This document shows, piece after piece, positions 52,156-61,847 of a DNA stretch of 64,000 nucleotides (positions are counted from its first letter, which is position 1; each line of letters begins with the position of its first letter). The stretch is from a virus. A program made the translations under genes and the position numbers. Location: the IMG/VR virus record IMGVR_UViG_3300048672_000475, positions 1-64,000 of that record, one strand, 5' to 3'. The notes under the pieces are model-generated. The model was not told the origin of the DNA and ran no database searches. It worked only from the letters and a program-made list of their open reading frames with translations.

Positions 52156-53640
52156 ATGACCCACCCATACACCGACCAAACGCCCGATCAAGTTCCTTTT
52201 TCAAAGGTAGCCGATACGATTATTGAAGAGATAGCCAGCGACAATCCGAATGGTACCGTGCTGCGTGTGTACGCGAGACAGTACTCAGATATGCGTTACG
52301 GGTGCGTGATAGGGCAAGAAGGTTTGCCGGCCAACGCGACTTTGATTTTCGACACAGTAGGGGATTAGGGATGAGCACATCACATTTTGAAGAGATGCTG
52401 GAAATACGTGATACAGGGGAGCGTCGCTCTGTCCGGGTCAAGTCCAGTTTAATAAGGGGAGAACCTGCGGATCATATTGAGGCACCCTCTTTTGACGTAT
52501 CGCGCTTGTATAGACACGGTATTACGCTTACGAATAACTTTTCCGCGAAAGACGCGGAACTGCCTCAGGCTATGGCGATTTCTAAGCGAGTGCTGGCCAA
52601 CTACCTATACAGTGATGTTATTAGGGAGTTGGATATTATCCTGCAAGCCGCATACGGGGATGATTTTCAAGGGGTAGTGGAAACTGCGGCAAAACTTCGC
52701 TCCAGTCTTATTAAGTCGTTTGATGAGGCATAGCAGTGACGCATTACGTCATTGGGGTGCATCACGAACCTACGGACCAACGATACGTTAAGTTAAAACT
52801 AGCTACGGATCGTGTAGTCTGTGATACCGTCGAGTTACTAAAATATTGTGGGTACTGGAAAATGGGACTTGCTTGGAGATACGTTACCGAAGCCGAACTT
52901 GAACCGTTGAAGGCAGGCAAAAAGATTCCGGCGTGGCAACCATGAGAGCTAAAGACGGGACACCCATGATGTCCGTATGGCAGTATCTGCATTACAACGG
53001 GGTGTTCGTAGTCGCCTATACGAGGGTCGAAGCAGCCAAATTATTGGCCTGTGATCCGGAAGATATATCGCGGGTTAAGGGTGTGTACGCAACCGGAGTT
53101 CCGAGGGAGCTAAAGTAATGGCTAAATGCGATTTGTGTGGTGCGCACTGTACGCCCCTGGACATGAGACAATTGCTCCGGTCGTACCAGATACCCGGCGT
53201 TGTAGATTTGTGCCCAAGCTGCGCTAATTGGGTCGATAAAACCAAACTGGAACTGATGAGTAAAGTTGCCGATGGTTTGAAGACCGCAATTATTAAAAAG
53301 AAAGCCTTACCGCCAAAAAGAACGATCCTTCAGAGGATGTTTAAACGCGACAAAACCAGGAGAGTAGAACATGTTAGCTAGATTCGGATATGTCAAGAAG
53401 CGAGATATGGACGCCGCGATACGAAGAGTGACCCAGGATAAGGAGGTGCAGATTGAGGAACTTAAAACCCAGTTGACCACTTCGTACCGGAATGCGGCCT
53501 ATCTGGACAAGCGGGTGCAGTCTTTGGTATGCGCAGTGGACGTACTGACCTCGAAAGTGATGGCGCTAAAAATGCTTTGCTGGGTGTCGGTTCCGCTATC
53601 GGTAGCGGCGATTGCGCAACTTGTTTGGCGTTTTTTGTAA
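52156..53640 (+). other. Operon of six small hypothetical genes
   Basis: 52156-52368, 52371-52733, 52736-52945, 52942-53118, 53118-53381, 53371-53640. Confidence 0.65.
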
Positions 53641-53646
53641 TTACAG

Positions 53647-53676
53647 TTGACACACCCAACAACATCAAACTACACT
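53647..53676 (+). promoter_or_regulatory. sigma70-type promoter
   Basis: TTGACA-18-TACACT. Confidence 0.7.
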
Positions 53677-53682
53677 ATAGAT

Positions 53683-53765
53683 ACCCGCTAGCGTCTGGTC
53701 ATGGACATAGTGGATAGCTCCGGCTAGGTTTCCTCCAGTTACCTACGCCGTGAGCGCCTTTATTA
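53683..53765 (+). ncRNA. Candidate sRNA with anti-Shine-Dalgarno loop
   Basis: Hairpin 53717-53755 with loop TTCCTCCAGTT, just downstream of the promoter. Confidence 0.55.
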
Positions 53766-54248
53766 CCCTCCGTAAGTCCCCAAGTCCACTCATCCGCACC
53801 TCCACCACCCAAGTCCACTCATTCCAGCCGCATACTATTATAGGGGCGCCGATTTGCGCGCCTGATTATTATCACGCTTCCCATCCAAAATCTTTTGTGG
53901 TATACAGGACGCATATACCAAGTAGGTTACTCGTATATCAATTTTTGGCATCAAGACGCGCCCGCTTGTGGAGTTAAATCAATTTAGGAGCAGGTATGGA
54001 GCGTATTGACATTAGGGCACCGGATGACTATATGGAGTTCGGTCGGGAAACCAGCGAGAGCACGAAAATGATCAACCGATTGGTGCTTGAGAAAGACCGC
54101 CTGATCCTGGAGATCCGTGTTGCGGGCATATTGAACCGCAGATTGCGGGACAAGATGGCCTTGTACCGGTCGTATAGCATGATAAGTTCTACGCTGTTGT
54201 TCTGTATGGCAGCGTTATTTTGGCTGCAGTACACGCATAGGTGATGAT

Positions 54249-54410
54249 ATGAAGATCAACTGGCAGGAAGAAAGCACAAAACGTGGGGCAGTTATCCTGC
54301 TCTTAGTGATACCCGGCCTGATCGGGTGGTTCATGGGTAAGGACGTGACCGGTTTGATCACGCTAGCGATGGCGATATCCGGGTACATGAAGTTGACGAG
54401 GCCCGACTAA
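54249..54410 (+). CDS. Putative holin (53 aa, missing from the ORF track)
   Basis: MKINWQEESTKRG plus two hydrophobic segments, next to spanins. Confidence 0.65.
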   Translation: MKINWQEESTKRGAVILLLVIPGLIGWFMGKDVTGLITLAMAISGYMKLTRPD

Positions 54411-54480
54411 TGGAGTTTGCCTGGGGTGAGTTTATCGTCGGTATCAGCGTCGGCATCCTGGGGATGTCCCTGGTCGGCGC

Positions 54481-54969
54481 ATGGCTGTTGTTCCCGTGAT
54501 TTACGCCTTCATTGCCGCGTTCGTACTGGGCCTTGGCGTAGGTGCCGGCGGCATGCGCCACTGGGATAGCGTAGAGATACGCGATCTGGAGGCTGCGCTT
54601 ACGGCAGTTAACGTCACGAGTGCGGCCACCCTGGCCAGCAAAACAGCAGAGGTAGCGCGAGCTACGGAAAAGGCCAAGCAGGCCAATGATCAGTTGGAGC
54701 AGAGTTATGACCAGAGTATTGCTACTGTCAACGCTTATTTTGACAGGGTGCGGGCCAGTGGTAAAACCCGTAGTCCTAACCCCGTGCCAAGCTGTGCAGG
54801 TGCCACAACATCTGAAGCAGCGACCGCCGAAACTTCCCCCGCTACCGACGATGCCTTTACCCCCCACACCCCAGACTTCGAGCGCAAAGCCTACGTCATA
54901 GACGAGTGGGCCAGTTCGTGCTGGAAATTTGTAAACGATAACTGCAGGATGCCACAGGATGGTCGTTGA
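54481..54969 (+). CDS. i-spanin (Rz-like)
   Basis: N-terminal TM segment, coiled coil, embedded lipoprotein gene. Confidence 0.75.
   Translation: MAVVPVIYAFIAAFVLGLGVGAGGMRHWDSVEIRDLEAALTAVNVTSAATLASKTAEVARATEKAKQANDQLEQSYDQSIATVNAYFDRVRASGKTRSPNPVPSCAGATTSEAATAETSPATDDAFTPHTPDFERKAYVIDEWASSCWKFVNDNCRMPQDGR
54707..54901 (+). CDS. o-spanin (Rz1-like lipoprotein) embedded in the +1 frame
   Basis: GGAG RBS, MTRVLLLSTLILTG|C lipobox, Pro-rich mature part. Confidence 0.78.
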   Translation: MTRVLLLSTLILTGCGPVVKPVVLTPCQAVQVPQHLKQRPPKLPPLPTMPLPPTPQTSSAKPTS

Positions 54970-55363
54970 TGTTGATATTAACTTACTCGGAACAGCGACT
55001 ATCGCGCTTATTGGCTGTGTCGCAACATTGTATACCAAAGCAATTAAGGCTGAGAACAACCAGTTGAAGGAAACGCTTATGCAAAAAAGTGAATCCCATG
55101 ACGCGACGATTGAGCGGATAGAAAGTAACCAGCACGATATCTGGGCAGAGATACGGCTGCAGCGCGACGCGCTACAGGTTGCCAGAGAAGCTTCCATCCA
55201 GCTCTCGGCGAACATATCCCGGTTGAATGAACTGCTCCCGCGCCTGGAGGTAGGTATGGACGCGAGAGTTACACACGAACAATGTAGTTTTCGCAGACGG
55301 TCGACGGACACCTGCGTAGTGGATTTAAGGAAGAGCCGAAATGACGATCCGGGTGACGCTTGA
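54959..55363 (+). CDS. Single-TM coiled-coil protein (holin/antiholin-like)
   Basis: N-terminal TM segment, inside the lysis cassette. Confidence 0.55.
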   Translation: MVVDVDINLLGTATIALIGCVATLYTKAIKAENNQLKETLMQKSESHDATIERIESNQHDIWAEIRLQRDALQVAREASIQLSANISRLNELLPRLEVGMDARVTHEQCSFRRRSTDTCVVDLRKSRNDDPGDA

Positions 55364-55634
55364 GAATTTAACACCGTGGGTGCCGGCATGGCTCCCGCTG
55401 CCGAAAACAGTGTTGGTCAGGATGTACTCCTGCGAGACTGAGCCGGTTGAACCACACCAATATAAGTTTGCCGTAGTCGCGCTGATCTGGTGCGGCGTAG
55501 CGGAGATAAAGGGACTCTGTAAAGACGTAGACCTGAAGCATATGAAAGCCGGGTCCGCAGCACTGGGTGAACTCGGCGCACGTAAACTGGTGTGGACTCA
55601 TAAAGGCCATTCCCGGTCATTAACAATAAGGTAG
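55341..55634 (+). CDS. Hypothetical protein
   Basis: Overlapping ORF in the lysis cassette. Confidence 0.55.
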   Translation: MTIRVTLENLTPWVPAWLPLPKTVLVRMYSCETEPVEPHQYKFAVVALIWCGVAEIKGLCKDVDLKHMKAGSAALGELGARKLVWTHKGHSRSLTIR

Positions 55635-55641
55635 GTACTAG

Positions 55642-56079
55642 ATGGTCGCCATTGATATTATGATTGACCTGATAAAACGCTTCGAGGGCTGCAGGCTTGA
55701 GGCCTACAAGTGCCCCGCTGGCGTATGGACGATAGGGTACGGCTACACCCATGGGGTGAAAGAAGGGGACAAATGGACCCAGCAGCAGGCTGAATCGATG
55801 CTGTGGAAAGAAGCCGTCACCGTTATGGACCAGACGCTACAGACTAGCCCGAAACTGCGCAGCGCTACCCAAGGGCAGCAGGCTGCTATCGCGGATTTCG
55901 TCTACAACTGCGGGCTGGGGAACTACAAGACCTCGACCTTGCGACGTAACGTGGATGCCGGCGACTTTAATGAGGCTAGATATAGCATCATGATGTGGGT
56001 GAAAGCGACGGTGGACGGAAAGAGGGTAAAACTGCCAGGGTTGGTGAAACGCAGGCAGGCTGAAGCCGATCTATTGTAA
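55642..56079 (+). CDS. Endolysin, GH24 lysozyme
   Basis: FEGCRLEAYKCPAGVWTIGYG, FVYNCG, LPGLVKRR.AE. Confidence 0.93.
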   Translation: MVAIDIMIDLIKRFEGCRLEAYKCPAGVWTIGYGYTHGVKEGDKWTQQQAESMLWKEAVTVMDQTLQTSPKLRSATQGQQAAIADFVYNCGLGNYKTSTLRRNVDAGDFNEARYSIMMWVKATVDGKRVKLPGLVKRRQAEADLL

Positions 56080-56102
56080 TTAACTAATTTAAAGGTAATA
56101 CC

Positions 56103-57970
56103 ATGGCAACATATCAAAAGTTTGAACTCGGAATCGAGAAAATGATGGAGGCGGGCAACGCGCAGACCGACACTTGGGCAGTGATCCTGTCTAACACCGC
56201 GCCCAACTTGGCCACCGCGACTGATGCGACATCCGTTACTGAGTTGTCAACGGGCGGCGGGTATACCGCAGGCGGAAACGCTTGTTCGGTAACATCAGCA
56301 GCGGCTACCGGTGGAACTTATAAGCTTGTTCTAGGAAGCCCAGCTACCTGGACTGCATCAGGTGCAGGCTTTACGTTCCGGTACGCTATTCTGTACAACG
56401 CGACACTGACGCAGTGTATCGGCATGTGGGACTACGGCTCGTCCGTCGTGATGAACGGCACGAACGGTGATACGTTCACAGCTACCCTCGACGGCACAAA
56501 CGGCGTATTCACTGTAGCGTAATCGATATCGTTGGAGGGATTATGTCCTTGATTGAAGAGATAACCGCTGGCCCCTTGGCTGCTGAGATAACGCCGTATA
56601 TTGCTAGTGGTGACGACGCAGCTATCGCGGATACCCTGAACCGCAGGGATATACCGGCGAAGAAGTCCGTGTCAGCGCACGACATACGCAAGTATATGAT
56701 GCTGAATGACCTGCTACTACAGATCGAGCTGTCTACCGAGTTCCCGTGCATCGCTACCAAGCGGGCACTGGAGGTATTCGAGACGTTCGACCTGTCGGAC
56801 GCCTTGGTGCTGAGCAAGTTCACAGGCATGCTGGACGCCCTCATGACCACAAGTACCGGGTTCGCTACTACGCACAAGGCTGCGCTGCTTGAACTGGGGG
56901 ATACCCTAGTCAGTAGGGCTGACCTGCTGGGGTTGACTGTAACCCCTACCGACGTAGCCCAAGCCCTTAGACCCTAGGAGATAGTGATATGAAAAAGTTG
57001 TTATTGATATTGGCGTTATTACCCTCAGCGGCGTATGCGCAACTCGACCAGACACAGATTTCAGCGCTGCATACCGCAGCACTGGCCGATCCTACTGCCG
57101 TTGCGTGCATGAACGTAGGCGACGACGGGTGCCTGAATAACTACCTGAACAGCCCGACGACTTTCGTAGTGTGGAGAACTTCGGTGCCGCAAGAGGAAAT
57201 TACAGGCGTTGCGAGTTTTGACTGGACGCGGGTTGATAACCTGTCGGTCGGCAAGGCCCGTATTTGGGACTGGATGTTTAGAAACGGCCCGATTAACGCG
57301 GCTAATTCAAATGTTCGTGCGGGTATTGACGCTACCTGGACAGGCACTGCGGCTGATCTGGCTGTTCGAGCGAGCGTGTATACTAAATGCAAACGGTTTG
57401 CGACGGTAGCCGAGAAGGTATTGGCGACGGGCACTGGCACGGATGCGGTTCCAGGCGTCACTACATTCGATGGGTCTGTACCGTTTCAAGATACAGTTAA
57501 GATCAGGTTGGGCCAATAACATGGCTACGATCACTCAGGTACAAGCAACGAAAGCCTCGTTGACTGTTACGGGGTTAAGCACATTAGCCAACGCCACGTA
57601 CGTAGCATCCTCTGCTTATGACGCCACCACCAACAAGCCGATGGACGTGGTGGTGGAGGTAGAGGTTGCTACGACGAATACGCCTTCGGGTAACAAGCAG
57701 GTTGTTGTGTTTGCGCAGGCGTCTTTGGACGGTACGAACTACCAGTCCGGTCCGACGTCTGGCACCACGACCACCGACGAGCCAGACCTGACGTTATTGG
57801 GGACTGTGCCGGTAAACACGTCTACAACGACACATCGCAAAGCGTTCAGTCTGGCCGCTGCTTACGGGTTTCGCCCGCAGAAGTTTCAGATCGTACTTAA
57901 GAACGACCTCGGTGTAGCGTTGACATCCGGGGCTGTGTACACAGCAGAAATTAGTTATGTGAGTGCGTAA
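56103..57970 (+). CDS. Four probable virion-associated genes (56103-56522, 56543-56977, 56989-57519, 57521-57970)
   Basis: T/A/G/S-rich composition; ELSTGGGYTAGG; position before the fibre gene. Confidence 0.6.
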
Positions 57971-57972
57971 GC

Positions 57973-59676
57973 ATGCCCGTACTGCTCAGGCCTAGCCTAC
58001 TTACCAGCCAGCCGCAAGGTACGGTTGCGCTAAACCGGGCTAACCCGCTGACGGTTGGCCTTGGTAATTTGTGGGTTGCTACGTCTTTAGCGGACGTAGC
58101 GACGGGTCTTCTACCGCTCTCAATAGGAAGCAGCACTACTTTTGATATACGCGGCGACAAGACCGGCGGGGCCATGCGCGCCTTGGTATCTACCGCTTCC
58201 ACATCATCGACTTTCGGGCTACAGTATCCGCTAGGGATACCGCTGACGGGCAACTTTACGCTATTTGCGTACTCGAAGCTAGACTTCAATACCTTTTTAA
58301 CATCATGCGCTATAGCTAACGACTACACGGGATCGGTAGGCACTACGGCGATTATTAAGAGCAGTGGCACCTATCATCCGAGGGGCTACGTAACTAACAG
58401 TGCCGGTACGGTAGTTCAGGCAAACTCGGCTACTACATTACCTACCGCGTTAATACTACAGACTCTGGTGTATAACGGGTCGAACATCCTTTTCTATGAG
58501 AACGGGGTACAAGTAGCTAGCGCGTCAGTTACGTCAATCAAGCAGTATGCCAGCCAGAAATTTTTAGTGGGTCATGGCGCCTCCGCGACTATCGCGGGCT
58601 ATATGGGTATGTGCGGCGCGTTCTCCCGTGCGCTGGCTCCCGCAGAGATTGCATCACTGGCAGCTAACCCATGGCAGCTTCTCAAGTCAACAAACCCGGT
58701 TATATCGGCCCTCACCACTGCGGCGGGTGCTACAAACTACAGCCTTACCTGCTCAGCAGGTGCGTACGCCTACACCGGCGTAGCTGCTGGGCTGAAAGTA
58801 GCGCATACGCTAACCTGCTCAGCGGGTGCGTACGCCTACATCGGCGTAGCCGCTGGGCTGAAAGTAGCGCATATGCTAACCTGTTCAGCGGGTGCGTACG
58901 CCTACACCGGCGTAGCTGCTGGGCTGAAAGTAGCGCATGTGCTAACCTGTTCAGCGGGCTCGTACGCCTATACTGGAGTGGCGGCTACTCTAAATTACGG
59001 GGCCGGCTCGGTTAGCTACAGCCTGACCTGCTCGGCGGGCGCGTACTCCCTTACTGGCGTAGCCTCAACGCTACACCGCGCGGTGATGCTCCCAGCAAGT
59101 GCGGGTAGCTACGTGGTTACCGGCGTAAGCGGTGGCCTACAAGTATCTCGGTCGATGCCGTGCGCCTCCGGCGCGTACACACTTACTGGAACTGCTGGCG
59201 CCCTAGGGGTCTCGCACACGCTTACATGTGCTACGGGTACGTATACGCATACCGGTGTTGCAGCGACGTTGATCTACTCCGGAGGCGCGGCGAGCTACGC
59301 GCTTACCTGCAGCCCTGGTAGTTACACGTACTCTGGTATAGCGTCTCTGCAACCGATAACCCGTGTAATGCCATGCAGTGCCGGCGGATATACGGTTACC
59401 GGCGGGACGGTTAGCTTTATCCGTGGGATCAACCTGTTGTGCGAAGCCGGCGCGTACTCACTTACCGGCGGTGCGGCGACACTTACGGCCTTCCAAGGCG
59501 CGGCTGTGTACGCATTGACCTGTAGTCCTGGCAGCTACGTGCTAACGGGCGGGGCCGGTATTCTGCAGTACCTAGCATCCGGAAAGATCATCGCTGACCA
59601 ACTCCATTGCGTGAAGCGGCTAGATACCGACGTGATGATTAGAACGGCGAGGCACTACCAGTTAATCCAGAGCTAG
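57973..59676 (+). CDS. Fibre-like protein: LamG/ConA-like domain plus about 13 repeats of 23-28 aa
   Basis: LVYNGSNILFYENG..RALAPAEI; LTCSAGAYAYTGVAAGLKVAH repeats. Confidence 0.75.
   Translation: MPVLLRPSLLTSQPQGTVALNRANPLTVGLGNLWVATSLADVATGLLPLSIGSSTTFDIRGDKTGGAMRALVSTASTSSTFGLQYPLGIPLTGNFTLFAYSKLDFNTFLTSCAIANDYTGSVGTTAIIKSSGTYHPRGYVTNSAGTVVQANSATTLPTALILQTLVYNGSNILFYENGVQVASASVTSIKQYASQKFLVGHGASATIAGYMGMCGAFSRALAPAEIASLAANPWQLLKSTNPVISALTTAAGATNYSLTCSAGAYAYTGVAAGLKVAHTLTCSAGAYAYIGVAAGLKVAHMLTCSAGAYAYTGVAAGLKVAHVLTCSAGSYAYTGVAATLNYGAGSVSYSLTCSAGAYSLTGVASTLHRAVMLPASAGSYVVTGVSGGLQVSRSMPCASGAYTLTGTAGALGVSHTLTCATGTYTHTGVAATLIYSGGAASYALTCSPGSYTYSGIASLQPITRVMPCSAGGYTVTGGTVSFIRGINLLCEAGAYSLTGGAATLTAFQGAAVYALTCSPGSYVLTGGAGILQYLASGKIIADQLHCVKRLDTDVMIRTARHYQLIQS
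58744..58985 (+). repeat. 69-bp tandem coding repeat, about 3.5 near-identical copies
   Basis: CTAACCTG(C/T)TCAGCGGGTGCGTACGCCTACA.CGGCGTAGC.GCTGGGCTGAAAGTAGCGCAT. Confidence 0.9.
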
Positions 59677-59920
59677 CCACACTCCATACTGATAAATTGA
59701 AGGCGACCACATGAAAGGTATCCACTTACTCCTGAATAACGGGGGAACTCCGCTAGCCATGGCCGGGGATACGGGTATTTTGTACCGCTATCAGGTTAAA
59801 AACAAAACTTGGTATCGGGTGCAATAATGGCGATTACTCGCGCGTCGAGACGTTTTAGTATAATGGTAAAAGCAGCCGTAATACCCAACAACCCTATACC
59901 AACCATCAGTGGTTTCACCA

Positions 59921-60408
59921 TGAATACATACTCCGCAACACAGAAGGGCCCATTGAAAATACCAGGGTATATCGACAAAGATGAGGTTACCATCATCAAC
60001 GTGTACTGGGGCGCTCCGCCGTTCACCGCCAATGCAGTCTACCGCGAGGGTGACATCTGCACCCCCTCCGTGGATAACGGCTATTACTATCAGTGCACTA
60101 CCAACGGTGTGGCCGCTGCAACTGAGCCGACTGCATGGGGGCAAGTAACGCAGACCAGCGGTACGGCTAAATTCACTGCGATACCGTATGACTTGTTCGT
60201 GCTCCCCAGCGAGACTATCAGTACGTCTACCTGGGCGGCAACGACCGGGGTGACGCTTACAGGTTCCGCGCATACCGGTTTCGTAACGTCGGTCGAGGTT
60301 TCGATTACAGACGCTACGCTCACGACTTTCGAGCTTACCAATTCGATAACGAAGAGCAACGGCGAGAAGCGCGACCGGACGTTCATGTACAAGATAAATA
60401 CGCAGTAG
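59921..60408 (+). CDS. Probable virion (fibre adaptor-like) protein
   Basis: DKDE...W, ETISTSTW, ITKSNGEKRDRT, with an inserted YYYQCTTNG module. Confidence 0.55.
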
Positions 60409-60432
60409 CGCGGCGAGAAATACCGAATACCG

Positions 60433-60460
60433 AATGCCGGAAACATATCCGGCATTTTTG
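60433..60460 (+). terminator. Intrinsic terminator
   Basis: ATGCCGGA-AACATA-TCCGGCAT-TTTTG. Confidence 0.7.
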
Positions 60461-60796
60461 TGTTGTATCGTTTGACACTCCGTAGTAAACTTTAGGCATG
60501 TAATTTAAGGAGGGGAAATGGACGCTACTGAAGCGAAAAGAGGCGATTTTAAATGCCGAAAAACGGCGGATGTATCGGGGTATCTTATTTTTATAACCAC
60601 TGTTGCGGTACTTATGGCATGCCTTCACTTTATATTTTGCTGATAGCGATGAGCATACTCGCCGCTGTAGTGGTATACACCCTATTGGCGGTATCGGAAG
60701 TTAGATACCGAGCGTCGCAAGATAGGGCATATGTTGACGGGGAGCTACGGAGGCTTAGGGCTAACCTAAACCACCATATAACGGCTGAAATAGACG

Positions 60797-61513
60797 ATGG
60801 AAAGTAACATACCCGAGCAACTAAAACGGTACAAAAAAGACCCTCTCGATATCCTGGATGGGCGCGTATTGCCGCCCGCATACCCTAGAGACGTGAAGCT
60901 GAAAAAACTATCCCATATCGCAGGTACTATCAATAAAGGTCGACCGGCTAAGTATCCGTGCGCGGAGGCGCTTCAGTATGCGGTCGAGCTGTACATGGAG
61001 CGGTTCGATCAGACCATACCGAGGGACGAGGAGTGGCGTAAGCGGTATCCATCAATCTACCCCACTATACCGGGGTTGGTGTACGCATTAGGCTTTGCGA
61101 GCAAAGACGAATTTAAGCGGCAAGCGCAACGTGACGAGGGGTTCAAATTCGTCGTCGAACAAGCGTTTACTCGTATCGAAGAATTCAAAAATGATTTGCT
61201 ACTAAAAGGCGGTAACTCAACTACTGGCGCTATGCACGATCTTGTCAACCACCATGGGTGGACGACTAAAGTGGAGCAGAATACCACGCTAAACGCCGGC
61301 AGCGATTTAGCAGCCCTCGTCCAAGCATTACAGGGTAAAGTACTGCGCCCCGTACTACCTATACAAGACAATGAAGAAATTGAAGACGCGGAATACGCGG
61401 AAACCGAGGCCAACGCTGAAGAGGTGGATGAGGTCTCTACTCAGGCTTTTCCGAATTCGGAAGAGTATGCCGAAGACGGCGAAATAGAAGATAGTATGGA
61501 GGATTTATTATGA
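60797..61513 (+). CDS. Terminase small subunit-like protein
   Basis: GRPAKY...LQYAVELY, PTIPGLVYALGF, LVNHHGW, acidic tail. Confidence 0.72.
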   Translation: MESNIPEQLKRYKKDPLDILDGRVLPPAYPRDVKLKKLSHIAGTINKGRPAKYPCAEALQYAVELYMERFDQTIPRDEEWRKRYPSIYPTIPGLVYALGFASKDEFKRQAQRDEGFKFVVEQAFTRIEEFKNDLLLKGGNSTTGAMHDLVNHHGWTTKVEQNTTLNAGSDLAALVQALQGKVLRPVLPIQDNEEIEDAEYAETEANAEEVDEVSTQAFPNSEEYAEDGEIEDSMEDLL

Positions 61514-61755
61514 CCGAACTGCATGACTTTGGGTGGGCTGTAGCACAATTAAAAGTAGGGCATAAGGTATGCCGAGCAGGGTGGAATGGTAAGGGTATGT
61601 GGCTTGAACTTATCAGCGCAGGGGACTACGAGGTAACCGCTATGGGGTTTAGTCTTCTTCCGTGGATTGGTATGAAAACAGCGGATGATAAATTTGTACC
61701 CTGGCTCGCGTCTCATACGGATGTACTAACCGAAGATTGGGCGTATAAGGCGTGA
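61510..61755 (+). CDS. DUF2829 / Tad2-like anti-defence sponge protein
   Basis: FGWA...LK.G.KV.RAGWNGKGMWL...PWLASHTDVLTEDW. Confidence 0.85.
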   Translation: MTELHDFGWAVAQLKVGHKVCRAGWNGKGMWLELISAGDYEVTAMGFSLLPWIGMKTADDKFVPWLASHTDVLTEDWAYKA

Positions 61756-61847
61756 ATAAATCCGGAGGACGCGCGACAAGGGCTTAGTACGGATGCGGGA
61801 CCGAACTTCCCGAAAGCTAAAAACGAAACACAAAACTGGAGAACAAA

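Noticed and set aside
53750-53977. 75-aa ORF over the candidate sRNA region
   Set aside because: GTG start lies in the hairpin stem with no SD and the product looks non-protein-like; not fully excluded
54358-55389. 343-aa minus-strand ORF
   Set aside because: Antisense shadow of the spanin and holin genes; most other opposite-strand ORFs in the track were rejected likewise
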